Shown here in pieces: positions 11,640 through 25,695 of a stretch of DNA of 64,000 nt; the first letter of the stretch is position 1; every line of letters begins with the position of its first letter. Position numbers and translations under genes: made by a program. The stretch lies in NCBI GenBank assembly GCA_024137785.1, contig JAHRHZ010000072.1, positions 6,007,749 to 6,071,748 of the forward strand, read 5' to 3'. The stretch is from Ginglymostoma cirratum. Lineage: Eukaryota. The notes beneath the pieces are model-generated. The model was given only the letters and a program-made list of their open reading frames with translations. It did not search any database and was not told the DNA's origin.

Positions 11640-12380
11640 TATAACAATACAGGAACAGGAGTAGGCCATTCGGCCCTTCGATTCTATTCTGCCATTCGAT
11701 GAGATCATGGTTGATCTGTGGCCTAACTCGATGCGGTCTTTGGCCCATATCCCTTAATATCTTTGTTTAACAAAAAAGATCTAACTCACATTTAAAATTA
11801 ACAACTATAACTAAAGCCATGGTAAATACGAGGTTACAGGGTTAGGGTGGATGCTCTTCTGTGGGTCGGTGCAGAAGTGATGGCCCAAATGGCCTCGATC
11901 TTCACTGTGGGCAGTCTCTGACTCTGTGAACTGATCTGGCATTAACCACCATTTGCAGAAGGGAGTTCCAAAAGTCTGCCACCTTTTCTGTGTGGAAGTG
12001 CTTCCTAACATCTCTCCTGAATGGTCCAGCCCTAATTCTCAGAGTATGTCCCCTCGTTCTAGAATCTCCAAGCAATGTAGATAGTTTATCTTTATCTAAC
12101 CTGTCTTTTCCTGTTAATATCTTGAAGACTTTGATAAGATCACCTTTAATCATTTAAACTATAGTGAAAACAGGCCTAACCCATAAAATCTCACCTCATA
12201 ACTTGACCCCTGAAGTCCAGGTATTATTTTTATAAACCTTTATTGTACTCCCTCCAAGACCATTATACCCGCCCTGGGGCATAGTGCCCAGATCTGCTCA
12301 CAGTACTCCAGGTGGGATCTAACAGGATTTTGTATAACTGCAGCATAACATCTGCATCTTTATATTCCAGTTCTCTCGAT
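11640..12380 (-). mobile_element. CR1 LINE 3' portion with a short HE1/CR1-tail insert (~11815-11925, +)
   Basis: ORF 11902-12153 KGDLIKVFKILTGKDRLDKDKL...DSRTRGHTLRI; tail caggaacaggagtaggccattcggccc. Confidence 0.88.
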
Positions 12381-12889
12381 ATACAAACAACAACTTCTGG
12401 TGTACAAACTATTTCCAAGAAACAAATATCATTTGATTAATTCTATTCTGTCTTGCAATGTAACAAAATGATTTGTAACAAATAAGGTACAGTTTTTGAC
12501 TGTATAGTCCTATTGTTTTGTGGATATGATATTTAATTTATGAGGTGCATCGTTTATTTCTGTTAACGTCAGTTGAAGAAATGTAAAACAGGCCATCAAT
12601 TCCATGGGGAGCTCTTCCAGGCCTTGAACAACATGGGCTATGGTTGGAGAATGTGGTAGAAGTCTAGTATGACCTTTCTTGAAGTCTTGAGCAACAAGTC
12701 ACATCTTCCAACTGAATTATGGAAAAGATTCTTGATAATGAGCAGTAATATCCATTCACAGACCTCCCACCACTCATTATCATCTTCCACATTACCTAAT
12801 CTTGCTTCATATATAGTCAGCTTCCCACTCCACCACCCACCAGATAGAAACTGAATGCTAAGAATTCCTTATGTGAAAGTCAGAGCAGA

Positions 12890-14060
12890 TACCTGATGAT
12901 TCCCACTCACCGTTTTCTCCTCTGGATCTCTATCTTGGACACCTGGTGCCAACATCTCAGGACACACTCCACAGACAGCATCCTCATGCACCTCATATGC
13001 ACAGATGTTGGCATCTGACAGTCAACAAATTCTCTGCATCCTCATGGCACATTTGCAATTCACTCACAGGACATGTCTGCACTCTGCACAGCCCTCGAGC
13101 AGGCCCAGTACGGAGGAGATGGCATGGGCCCAGCATGAACCTTGAGTGAGACCTTACTGACTTTTCCCAGGGCAAGCACAGGGCCTGGCATCTGAATTGG
13201 CAGCTGCTACATTGGTGACGTTGGCGAGGTAGGCCCAGCGGCGAAAGATGGTGCCTGAGGACTACAGACTTCAACATTTGTTGGATCCAGTGTCGATGGC
13301 GGTGAAGCAGTGGCAGAGGGATGGCAGCACAGGTATAGTTGATGGTGATAATCACGCAGAGGCCACGCATGGTTACAATTCTGGGGGCGCTGGGGTGAAC
13401 ACAGAACATAGAACAATACGGCACAGTACAGGCCCTTCGGCCCACGATGTTGTGCCGACCTATTATCCTAGGGTGGGTGGCAGTGAGCAATGGTAGGCGT
13501 AACGCGCAAGACTGAGAATAGTGAAGCACAGTCTTAGTGGAAGGTGGGTGCAGGAGTAGAGATGGAATGATTTATTGAGGTAGCAGGGTGAAGATGGTGG
13601 GACTTAACTGCGGCAGAGTAGGTGAGGTCATTGACCTTCTTCCTACACCATGCTGGACAGTTCTCCACATGGCTGAAACCACATTAATCTGAGTGGTAAC
13701 AACAGACCAGGCTGGCAGGACCTAGTGCTGTGTTCTCCATTGCCAGTCCTGGGGAAAGAGGATGGAAAACTGTAAGCGAAGCTCTGGCCTGACTGTATTT
13801 ACCAGCAGCACAAGACTCTTAAAGGTGGCACCGGTGCCAGGGATGCTGGGATGTCCCAACAGTGCAAGCACTTTGGGCTATGCCAAGTGGGAGAGTCAGG
13901 CTAGCATCAGATGACAGGAGCTCCATAGGGGCATGGTAGATAGTTAACGAGGTGGGTTTGGAACGATAGAACAAGAAAATTCACTAAGTCTTGGGGAGAG
14001 AGCCCTCCACAAAATTCATTAAAATTGACCCTTTGCCAAAATATGGAAAGCTTCAAGCTA
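12890..14060 (-). mobile_element. Harbinger-derived element with Myb/SANT-like remnant
   Basis: Minus strand at ~13605-13655 reads WCRKKVNDLTYSAA, matching the QCRKKxNDL motif. Right end resembles 39040-39130. A short CR1 tail (gaacatagaacaatacggcacagtacaggccc) is inserted at ~13400-13470. Confidence 0.6.
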
Positions 14061-15204
14061 GAGTGTCATGTTTCACGTAAAGTCCAGACTGCCTCGATAA
14101 TGGAAAGTAGTTGCCTGGCCTTTTAATTTCAGTTCAACATTTCCACATTAAAGTTGGCTTTGTGCAATTTTCAGATATTAGTTAATTTGTTTAAAATAAA
14201 TAGGCTATCAACCCAAGGAAAATGAGACACAAGGTTAGTTAATGCGAATGCATTGCACAGTGCACCATCTGGGGGAATTAAGCTCCAAAACCTAATTTCT
14301 CTGTATTTTTCTTTAATTTGTGACACATGGCATTAATTATTCTGGTTACTAAGAGCTTGGGTGAGCTTTCATGAGTAGCAAAATAAAATTTAGAACTCTG
14401 GTCATGGTCCTACCTCCCATTCCATCTTTCACATTGCACTCATCACATCATTTGAATATTGTAAACAATTAAAAGGGAAAAACTTGCATTTATGTCGGAT
14501 GTTGCACTTCCTCGGGATATCCCAAAGCTTTTTACAGCCAATTAGCTGCCTTCGACGCACAAGTAATGCTATAATGTAGGAAAATACATCAACCAGTTTG
14601 CTATTATGACATTAGTCAATTGGCTAAATGTCATAATGGGTCCCAAATGATGAAATTAAAAGACACACAGAAACTGGCAGACTTAATGAACGGTCTCAAT
14701 TGCACTGAAGTGTTACTTGTTCATTTGTGATTTATTGCTACAGTGTAAAACTGTGCCTCATTGGCTTCGGACTATATGCAGTATACATGTACAAACGTAC
14801 ATTATGTATTTTAATAGATAGACAAAGTTTCTTGTTGCAGAGATGTATTGGCCTTAACACTTGCCATATTTCTCATAGGGTCAAACATATTACTTCATTC
14901 ACCACACAGTGCACTTCACTGTTTCGATGTCATACCTGCAGACTTTGCCTTTAATACAATCAATTTCAATATTAGTTCTGAGAGAAAAAAATTGCAATCT
15001 GAAACATAAGTGCACCAATTAAAAAAAGCCAACACCCTCTGTTTATCATGCATTATCACATTGGATTTGCCACAAGGCAACTATGAAACCCAATGACAAT
15101 AAGGCAAGGTCATTCAGAAAGCTGTTAGTAGATTGGGAATAGCAGTGATTCTTCCTTCTTATTTCTCATTATGATATTGATGACACTAACCAGGATATAA
15201 TTCT

Positions 15205-15720
15205 TGCCCTTTTTAAATTACTCAGACCAGGAAACGGTGGGCTTTCTCTTTCAAATATTACAACCTTGTGGTGCTCCTATTGCAGGATATTGAACTATGA
15301 TCATGAAGGAATGGCAATATAAGTCCATAAGAAGGTGTATGAATTGGAAGTGATGCTGTTTCGATGATACAGCTGCTTTTGCCTTTTATTTCTGAGGTCC
15401 CATCAACTCTGCACGGACCACAACCACAGTGCACATGGCAGTGATAGTAAAGCTGGGTACTGAGTCCAATGGTATAAGAACAGATTCAGCAAGATACTTT
15501 ACTGTGGATGATATCCAGTTGCCTGAGCATGGGTCACAGATGCACGCTTCCAAATAAGTATTCTGCCACATTTTGATGACAGACCTTGCAGGAAGAGGGA
15601 AGAAAGGTTTTAACAAGATCAGGAAGTGAGTTGGTATGTTCGGCTTCCAGTCAAGGGTACTCCCATTATGTTGACGACGGGAGATTCAGTGGTGATCGAG
15701 GGAGATGGCTGGGGCTTCAC
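15205..15720 (-). mobile_element. L2-type LINE fragment, decayed
   Basis: Shares motifs (tgaaggaatggc.atata, gatgctgtt) with the copy at 25540-25700. Confidence 0.4.
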
Positions 15721-17389
15721 CTGATTCAGATTTCCAAATCAATTCTTGAGATGTCTGAATAGTTGGTAAATTGCATTTACATTCAATCTCCAGCTATCTA
15801 GTCACTGATAATGTTGAACTGCTTTGTTGAGGACTGTTTTAAGTTTGATCAGCAATTTCAGAGCACAGTTAGAAGTTACTCATATGTCTGACTATGAAAG
15901 ACCACCTCCACGGCACAACTCCCTATGGGGCTTTTGGAAAACCCGACAGGATCACTTGGGCAGTCTTCAGGAGGTGAAGGAAAACCCTGAGCTATCACTG
16001 AGTAGCAGTGGGCTCAGGAGTAATGTCATTAACTAGCTGATTAATGACCCTAATTATCAATGCTCAGCAGCACCCAGGAATACCACGTCTCTCCTTTCTG
16101 TCCTGCAACTGGACTCAGGACGGCTTTACCACAGCCAGAGGACTGATATGGGCCCTCAGTTACAATGAAGTGAATCCAGCTGCCATTTTTCTGCCTATAA
16201 CTGGTCAGATGAAATCCACTCCATTGTGTCTATAATGATTCCAGCCACTGCAGAGTTTTCTTTTGATCACTGGCCTCAGTGTTGATCAGGTTCCTCGATG
16301 ATATCCAAGATTGAAAACTGCCTTGATATGAAGGAAAATACTTTTGCCTCTTCTTCGGCATTCACTTGCTGTGTTTACAGCTTGACTGAGGTAGTGAGAT
16401 GATCTGGACTAAGTACTTCTACTGCAATTCAAACTATAGTTGTGGTTTAAATTATTTTATCTTGTGTCTTGTATGCCACATATAACTCGACAATCATCTG
16501 CAATGTCAGGTTGATGCCAAAGGTATAACACTGTTTCAGATTACTTGTAGACTATCTACTACTGGTCTGCAAATCTTTAGGACTCTGGCCAGGTATGTCA
16601 TAGTCAATAGTATTCTCTGTGTCCTGTGAACATTGTCACTTCTCTGCCATGTGGAGGGAACTGAGTTGGCAGGGCACTGGAAGGTTTTGCATGAAATTTG
16701 AATAATCAACATAATATTTCTGGATGAAGATGCAAACCGGATAGCAAAAACACAAGCTTATAATCATGGCCTTTCACAGCAGGGGAGTTCCAATGTGTGA
16801 ACACTGGCTGTTGGCACATATTAAGTACGATCATTTTTAAGAAAACATTTCATTGGCCCATTGTCAGCATTCCAGTTATTCATTGACATAGATTGGACGA
16901 TTCAGTCCTTCCCTTTGCATCAATTTTGGGTTTTTGTTCATGCAATAATTATAGTTCAGAAATCTCATCCTCGAGAGATAGTTGAAGGCTTCATGTGCTG
17001 TGTATTCCAGGCAATGAATTTTAATATTTGGGTAATTACCCTAGGATAGCCTTTTCATTGTGTGGTAGACAGTTTCAAACATGTCATTCAGCCATTCCTT
17101 CGTAAATTTCTGTTGTGCTTGGCTGCTTTCAGGTCAGGTGATTTTGGCAGGCATTTTAAAATGCGTCAGCTCACTTTCACTGTTCTCTCTCAAACCAAAG
17201 TCCATTGTTTTTAAGATCGGTTGATGCAATTTAAAAATTAATAGTCCATACTTTATATCATCATTACACAACATAAAATATGCCAAACGATGGACTGAAG
17301 GTTATGCAAAGTGCCCAATATGGCAGAATGGCTTGTCCACTTCCGTCTGCTTTTCTTTTCTTTTTATTTCTCTTTACTTTTGCTTTCTT

Positions 17390-18121
17390 TTCTTTAAAGT
17401 CTTTTCTCTTACTTTTTCACTTCGATTGCAGTGGCATCAGCAGCAACCCTGAGCGGAATGATGAACAAAAATGATGGCGCAGGCCGAGGGAGTGGTGAGA
17501 CTAAGTAAATATTGAAGGAGGAGGCGTCCGGTAGCAGCAGCATCAACGCTAGGACAGGACGGACGCAGCTCCACCACACCTCCAGGTCTCTCAGTGAGAG
17601 AGGAGCAGGCTTAATTCCCCAGCCTAGACTCGCAGGCTGAGCCAAGGCCCCAGGTCCGTGGCTCGGCCCGAGACCAGAAGCGGTGACAGTGGCGAGTTTG
17701 TTCCCTCATCAGCACTGGCTACAACTGTATCAGTGAGGTTGGCCCAGCATGAACTCATGGGGTGGCAGCCTTGGTGAGGGCAAGATGGCATTGAATAGTG
17801 GTTACTCTTTCTTCCAGCAGCAGTGCACAGTGAAGTGTGGTTGCAGCAATGTCGTCAGTTAGCAGCATGGACGTGTGGCATCAGTGCGAAGGTGCCTGGA
17901 TCCAGGCCCATAGCTGATGTAGAAGCGAGAGCTGATCCAAAGACCACCTAACTTTGTTGAGATAAGACTATAAGATGAACTTTATTGTTTTATTTTCCTG
18001 GCTTTATATTTTCTATTTTGGTTTATTTTATGGCTTTTAAGAAGGGACTGGAGAGTTGCGATACTAAACAACACTTTTCACTGTATTTGTAATACATACA
18101 AGACAATAAATTAAATCAATA
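17390..18121 (+). mobile_element. GC-rich non-autonomous retroelement with LINE-like 3' tail
   Basis: CpG-rich body ending acacttttcactgtatttg...gacaataaattaaatcaat, a fish LINE-type tail (Rex1/Babar or L2; clade uncertain). Confidence 0.5.
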
Positions 18122-18639
18122 CGCAATGTACAATGATTATTTAAGTCCAGTTGACTGATTTCCTCCTCAGCAGAAATCAACTCCTCAAAACATTTATTGT
18201 TTGATTTTTGTAAATTCCTCTATATGCTCTTTTACTTTTTTAAATAAACTCTGTGTATAAGCCAAAGCAACATTGACAAAATAGCTACTGTTGAGCTATA
18301 CTTGTATCCTACATGTACTATCAATGCCATTTGTATCACAAACAACAAAAGAGCAATACTAGTGGGCCATTAAACTGGTCTCAATATTCTTTCTAATGAA
18401 ATTGCATGATAAATTCAGATGAGGAAGGCCATTTGTGGAGGTTTGGCACACCAAGATAGGAAAAGCTATAGTCTAGGGATTACTGCAAGTAACCAGATCC
18501 TAAATTCGTTAGACAAATGAGGATGTGTAATAACATTTCACACATCTTAACCCATCCATCTGAAAACAAAATTAAAACTCAAGGTCTCTGGCAATTATTT
18601 GTAAAACTATTCCGTGAAGTTGCTAGAATAGTTTTATCC

Positions 18640-20216
18640 ACTTTCATTTAATTCATTCATGGAATGAGATTGTCACAGGCTAGGCTAGTACTTATTGCCC
18701 TAATCTCACTAACTTCATTGGGTTTTTCTGAAGAAGTGATAAGGAAGATTGATGAAGGCAGAGCAGTGGATGTTGTCTGTATGGACTTCAGCAAAATTCC
18801 ATACGGTAGGCTGGTTAGCAAGGCTAGATCACATGGAATCTAGGGAAAGCTAGGAATTTGAATACAAAATTGACTTGAAGATAGGAGACAGAAGGTGGAG
18901 GTGGAGGGTTGTTTTTCAGACTGGAGTGCCAAAAGGATTGGTGCTGGGTCCACTGCTTTTTGTCATTTATATAAATGATTTTGAGGCAAACATAAGAGGA
19001 ATGGTTAGTAAGGTTGCAGATGACACCAAAATGGGAGGTGGATAGCGAAGAAGGTTATCTCAGAGTACAATGGGTCAATGATCAGATGGGCCAAAGAGTG
19101 GCAGATGGAGTTTAATCTACATAGATGTGAAGTGTTGCATTTTGGTAAGGCACATCAGGGCAGGACTTACACACTTAATGGTAGGGTCCTGGGGAGATTT
19201 GCTGAACAAAGAGACCTTGGGGTGCAGGGTTGTAGCTTCTCGAAGGTGGAGTCACACATAGACAGAGTAGTGAAGAAGGTGCTTGGTACACTTGCCTTAA
19301 TTGGTCAGTGCATTGAATATACAAGTTGGGATATCATGTTGCGGCTGTGCAGGACATTGATTTGGCCACTTTTGGAATACTGTGTTAAATTTTAATCTCC
19401 CTGCTGACAAAAATGTTCTTAGGTTTGAATTGGTTCAGAAAAGATTTACAAGGATGTTGCCAGGGTTGGCGGGTTTGAGCTGTAGGGAGAAGCTACAGGA
19501 AAGAATAGGCTGGGGTTATTTTTCCCGGGACATCAGAGATTGAGGGATGACCTTATAGACGTTTCTAAAGGTATGAGGGGCATGGACAGAGTGAATAGTC
19601 AAAGTTTTGTTTTCCCCAAGATAGAGGAGTCCAAAGCTAGACTGCATAGGTTTAAGGCGAGAGGGGAAAGGCATAAAAGGGACTTAAGGGGAAACATTTT
19701 TCATGTAGAGGGTGGTGCGTGTATGGAATGAGCTGCCAGAGGAAGTAGTGAAGGCCGATAGAATTACAACATTTAAAAGGCATCCAGATAGGTACACGAA
19801 TCGGAAAGATTAAAAGGGATATGCATCAAATGCTGGCAAATGGGACGAGATTAATTGAGGCAATCTGATCGACATGGATGAGTTGGACCAAAGGGTTTGT
19901 TTCTGTGCTGTACATCTCTATGACTTTAATTAAGACTGATGAACATTGCTGTGGGTCTGGTGTCATGTATACGCCAGACCAGGTAAGGATGGCAGATTTC
20001 TTTCCTGAAAGGACATTAGTAAATCAGATGGATTTTTACAACAATTGACAGTCCTTTCATGGTCACCATTAGGGTAGCTTTTTATACCAGAATTTTTTTT
20101 AATTGAAGTCACATTTCATATTTAGCATGACAAAATTTAAATCCACATCCCCAGACCATTAGTTTGGGTTTTTGGATTACTAATCCAGTGACATTACCAT
20201 TATGCCATCACCTCCC
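18640..20216 (-). mobile_element. SacSINE/Deu-type tRNA SINE split by a CR1 insertion
   Basis: 18640-18703 and ~19940-20216 are the reverse complement of the SINE copy at 51762-52073. Confidence 0.75.
18704..19928 (+). mobile_element. 5'-truncated CR1 LINE (RT to 3' end), frameshifted
   Basis: DVVCMDFSK, ADDTK, WAKEWQMEFNLHRCEVLHFG and RDDLIDV motifs; tail tctatgact. Confidence 0.93.
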
Positions 20217-21217
20217 CAAGCAATGGATAAATGGGTAAAGTTAACTGGGAGATTTAACATCTGATATCCTGCCCAGTTTGCACCAAAACTAACTTTAATC
20301 TGGTCTTCTTGGCAAACAGCCTTGCAGCCAGTGAGGTCCATCATTAAGCAAGCAGATTTGAATCTGATGATGTTACCAAGCCCCTGACTGGAGTTTGAAC
20401 TCTAGTCTGAGAGGGGGAAATTGCTCCAGCCTTTGCCTGCTATTTTCTTCCTCTGTTTTATTTGGGAAGCTGTCTGGTGGCATAGAGGTGAGGTTTTGAC
20501 ATTAACAATTCTGAGGGCTCACACTGGGCAACACAAGTGTTGTGTGTCCCACCAGTTAAATTTTCTCCTTTTGCTTCAGAATCAAGAACAGATTAGAGGG
20601 GCCACGTCATGGGATATAAGAATCACTATGTAGTGAAAGGCCAAATTTAAAGTGTTCTTGGCAGCTCTAAATTTATACAGCATCCAGAACAATAAATGGC
20701 AGTACTCACCTATTGTGTCACAGTGATAACAGATAAGATTTGTCTTAGCAATTAATCGATTCTAATCCCTAACGAATATTAAATTTTGCTTATGGAAACT
20801 GCTCTAAGGGAAAAGCTAGCAAAATGCAATTATTGCTTCAAAGTTTAAAATCCGTTCAAAGTCTTCAAAATAATGGTCCAGATAAACTTAACTTTGAATG
20901 ATATTAAAAGTAACAGTAACAACTGACAATCATTAGATCACATTTTTTGTCACTTGTTCACGGGGAGCAGACAACATTACCAAGCCCACATCTCTAGTTA
21001 CCAAATAATGACAGATATTCCACCACTGCATTCCTTTTACTAATGTAGCCTGCACAGGAATCCACTGATTAGTAATCATTGTTGATATGAAAATTCAATA
21101 CAACATATTTGAAGAGATAGAAATTAGGACCAAATAGAAAATTTGTGATCTTTTCAAATAGCTGTCCTATTATAATTGAAAATACAGTCTGGGACTCAGT
21201 TATTCCATTTCCCGGCC

Positions 21218-21378
21218 TTTTTTTAAAAATCAACTCATGGGATGTGGGTGTTGTTAGCTGGGCCAGCTCTTATTGCCCATTCTTAGCTGCCCTTGAGAAG
21301 GTCATGGTAAGCTGCCTTCTAAAACCGCTGCAGTCCAGGTGCTGTAGGTAGATTCAGAATGCCCTTAGAGGGGGAATT
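21218..21378 (-). mobile_element. L2 LINE 3' end
   Basis: catgggatgtgggtgttgttagctgggccagc..tattgcccat...gcccttgagaagg; this tail is shared with the Deu-type SINE. Confidence 0.65.
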
Positions 21379-21408
21379 TATCTAGAATTTATCTAGACTT
21401 ATCTAGAA
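21377..21408. repeat. Three short tandem units of ttatctaga
   Basis: tttatctagaa tttatctagac ttatctagaa. Confidence 0.7.
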
Positions 21409-24107
21409 GTCCCGACAAACTCTGTAACTGGCAGAAGCTCTGCCTATTCTTCACAAGGTCACGTACTATTGAGAGAACATTATTGGGGTCACTCAATGCA
21501 AGGAGGTTGTTCGTCCTTAGCCCAGATGCAGATTAGAGACAAATCTAGCAGAAAGAGCAGAAAGACCCGCTGAAGGGTCTCTATGAAACTCTCATGAGAA
21601 TCCACGGTTATGATTTAGACTTTCAACTGCTTGAAAAGTGATACAGTGGGGACTGGTTGGTTGTATATCAGTCCAGAAGAGACAACTGCAGCTGCCAAAT
21701 TGTTCGGTCTGATGGGACTGCTGAGGACCCAATGTGCAGCCTTTGTGGCACAGATTCCTTCGGAAATAAACTTCCCTACTTTGTAAAACTCCACATGAAT
21801 CAGTGCTAAAAATCAGATGCTGACACTTGCACCAGGGTGTTCCATTTCACAGGATCTATGACTCATTATATTCTAGGAGTTTCTAATATGATTTCCAATT
21901 TCATTTCTTTGTAATATTGTATCGATGGACAAAAACAAATTAATTTCCATAAGAACGAAGAATGAAACATTCATTCGAGGCCAGCACGACAAGATCCACA
22001 TTCGCTCGGACTTGCTAATTCCAAACTGAAAGACTCCCTTGAATTAACATCTGCTCAAACCCCATGACTTTTTCAGCAAAAAATGTCAATTAGAATAAAC
22101 CCAAGCAGTACTGAGATTTTAAAAAGACGGAGGCTTTCTCTGTTGAAATGCTCCATTGTACAGTAAACAAAAGGCCCAGTTTCTACGTTTCTCTTTACAA
22201 TTTCTGACATTTATCTTGTGTTTGCTAAGACAAAGGAAGTCTATGGATGGGAATAGAACACCTTTCTACTTTTGTCATCCAATGGCACCAAAGAAATGGG
22301 CCAACTGTAGTGCAGGCAAATGCCAAAAAAAGCTCCCTCTACTCCATTCAACAGTACTATTTGGCCTTAGACTCCTACTATAAAAGTGGAATCTCATATC
22401 CTTATGTTCTCACTCAGATTCAAAACCTCTGAGCTAAAATAAGAGCAATTCTGTGCTATTGTCCATTACTAACAGAAAGCTGGGTTGTGACTTCTTGAAC
22501 CTACATCAGTAAACACTATGTAGCAGATTCCCTTCCATTGAGCTGACCATCTATTTAAACTCAGATTTCAAAAGTGAAAAAATGCATTCTAGCCAGTTTA
22601 TTATCCAATAATGGAAATTAACTTTCCATAATGTAGTGGACGCATGTTATAAATAAATGTCTTGAGTACACACTTGGTCTAAATTCGAACACTGCATGGG
22701 AAGTTCTTATCCTAACAAAGAGGCCTACGTTTTGATGCAAATAGGTCCTGGAGCTTGTTGAGAATGAGCTGCACTTACAGGTCAAACCCCAAAGCAACTT
22801 GCTTAAGGGAAGACAACAATATGACACCATCTACCTCACAGGTTATAGCCCTCTGGTAAGTCCAAGGAGGGAAGAGTCAAAGCAGGCTAATTGGAGGGTT
22901 GAGAGATTGGAGTTGGGGTAGGGGTAAGGCAGAGAGTGGGGGACAGGATTGGTGTCAGAAGAAAAAATGATAGTAACAGCCTTGCAGTTGGATCAGCACT
23001 CCTGTGTTATATAAGGGTGTCAGGGTCTGAAAGGTTTAAGAATAATGCCTTCCTACACACACTGTGACGATAATCACACAGATCTGATGGCAGAACATCT
23101 TAGGGTTTCAAGGGAGGAAGATGTAGCGTCCTGTTCTTCCTCATAGCCTTTTATCATAGCATAAATGATGTTTTATACAAGACAAGAGCCTTTTCTTGGT
23201 AGACGAGCAACTGGCTTTCCTTCACCACACCAGACTTAAATGGGCCTTGCAGATTCCTACCTTAAAAGAGGATTGTGACAGCAAACCTACTGTATAGTGA
23301 GCAATAGTGCAGACAATTTCATACAACATGGTGGTTAATGGTGACAATTGTTCATATAACATCCTGCATCTCCAAGATTCATAGGCAGGTGATTTTTTTT
23401 TAAAAAATCATTTGGAAACATACATTTTGTTATGCACTGAGGAATCCTGACTGGACAATTGCTGTACTTATCATGATTCATTTCAACAAGTGTAGGCCCC
23501 AGTAACAAATTCTTGGGCATTGAACCAGAAACTGACATAGGAAAAACATAAATTTTTCAGTGGAACCGACATGAGTGCAGATTACACAAAGACCAATACA
23601 CTATTCAATGCTTTACACCTATGTTCAGGCCAGGATGGCAGCCTTCATGCAAACCAATTTTTATCCTATTATGTATCTAAAAGACAAGACTTGGATTTAT
23701 AACGAAACTTATCACAGCTCTCAAAAAAGATCACCAAGTATTTCATACACAGCAAATAATTTTAACTTCAGTGGTTGTAGTATTGCAACAAAAAAATTAC
23801 TGTAATTACTCGGCTTTCACTGGTGTTGGTTCAAGGATTGGTGTCAGGAAAAATGCTAATAATAGATTACAATTACATGTGTAATTGGCCATCATAGTTC
23901 TTTTTTTGTCTGCTTAGTTGGATATATTATCCAGTGAAAGTGTTTAGGGTTTCAAAATATTTATGTACATATTTCTCAAAGGTCAACTTTAAAAACTGAA
24001 GCCTAAGTGTCAGAAATCAAAATGTTCTGGAGTGGGGATTAGAGGTGGAGTCTGGAGGGATCAGTGGTCCCACAAACTCAAGTCATGAAAGGAGCTTGAT
24101 ACAGTGA

Positions 24108-24401
24108 AGTAGAATCATGAAATCCTTACAGTGTGGAAACAGGACATTCAGCCCATCAAATTCACACCAATCCTCTGAAGAGCATCTCACCCAATCAGGC
24201 TGCATTTCCCATAGCTAACCAAACTACCCTGCACTTACCTGGAAAGTTTACCACGGCCAATCCGTGTAAACTGCACATCTTTGGATTGTGGGGAAGAAAC
24301 CCATACAGACAGAGGGAGAATGTGCAAACTCCACTGAGAAGTCACCCAGCTCCCTGTCATTGTGAGGTAGTAGCGCGAGCCATTGAACCACTGTGTGACC
24401 C
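24108..24401 (-). mobile_element. HE1-type tRNA-derived SINE with CR1 tail
   Basis: Minus strand cacagtggttcaatggctcgc...gtggagtttgcacattctccc...tccaaagatgtgcag...gattggccgtggtaaa. Confidence 0.8.
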
Positions 24402-25539
24402 AAATACATTGCTGAAGCCAAAGACCTCCACTTTGTCCATCCCCCATTACAAAAAGGTAAAGGGAATGTCAATCATCCAAGGATTATAAGGCTGTACATT
24501 ATTTAAAAGTTGCAAGTCCTGAATCATTCAGATGTGAAAACTTTGCTCTGAACTCCACTTCCCTAAAACATGTGACATGTTTTCTGACACCCTGCATGGC
24601 TTTAACTTAAGAAATAAAATAGCATTTCTCAGAAAAAAAATTAAATTGTTTTCAGTTAGTCCCAAATTTGGGGCTTCCAAAAGTGGTGTCAAAATTTCAA
24701 ATGGGATCGGAAGCCAATATTTCGGGATGACAAAATCTGAGGCCGTAAATGGCTGTCATGAAGAGCTCTGACCAAGTGAACAGCTATGAGACAGATTTAA
24801 GTTCACACATACTTTAAAACTGTGGACTAAATGGTACCTTGAGGCCTGGCTCCTGCAAAAGTAAGAATGATAGGCCTCTCATGCTTTTAGGAAACAATGA
24901 AATCTGCATGTCACTCTTTCTAAACATGTGCTCCCGTTACACAGCCTCCCTATGCAATTTTTAGAGCACACTTGACAGGTCACCACAACATTCAGTGCTG
25001 AAATAGAGCTCTGATTGGAAAGAATTTGGGAATTCTACCTTAATTCTTAAAATCTACTTGTTTAATCCGACTAGAATTGTCATTTACGACCACAACATGC
25101 CACATCCATCACCTTTCTAGCTCACATTTGAAAGACTGCATTGGCAGTATGACTTGGTTCATTTGTTAATGGGGTGTGAACATGGTTGACTATACCAGTA
25201 TTTGTTCTCTGTTGTACAAGGTAATGGGTCTGAAAGAGTTAAAGTTGAAGTTGCATTGAGTCTTATGATGTTACAGTCTTGCATGGGGAATCTGTCCATC
25301 TTGAATAAGATCTTATTGGGACACCATTATTCCCTGCTAGCCTAATTATGCCTAAATAGTCAATGTAACTTGTACCAATCACTATCATTTAATAAGCTAC
25401 ATGTTGTAATCTAAGACAAATGCTTTTCCTTGTTAAGACTCACCAGTGGTCATTCGACTACCATTGATAGTAAGGCAGTCTCTTAGATTCAGCACAGAAA
25501 TGAAGATAGATGGCACACAAACAGCTAGATGTCCAATAT

Positions 25540-25695
25540 GACATTCCCCATCCCTAACTGCTTTCAAGAAGGTGGCAGTCTTCGTGATCTGCTGCAGTCC
25601 ACCTGATGCATTTACACCCAGAATGCTGTTACAGTGGAAGTTCCAAGATTTTGACTCAACAACAGTGAAGGAATGGTGAGATAGTTCCAAATCCA
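25540..25695 (-). mobile_element. L2 LINE 3' fragment
   Basis: cccatccctaactgctttcaagaaggtgg...gaagttccaagattttgactcaacaacagtgaaggaatgg. Confidence 0.6.

Noticed and set aside
12993-13529. 178-aa minus-strand ORF
   Set aside because: Spans a TE mosaic including a CR1 tail; no recognisable protein
16230-17230. Possible minus-strand Gypsy gag remnant
   Set aside because: Only faint motif resemblance; cannot be supported by eye
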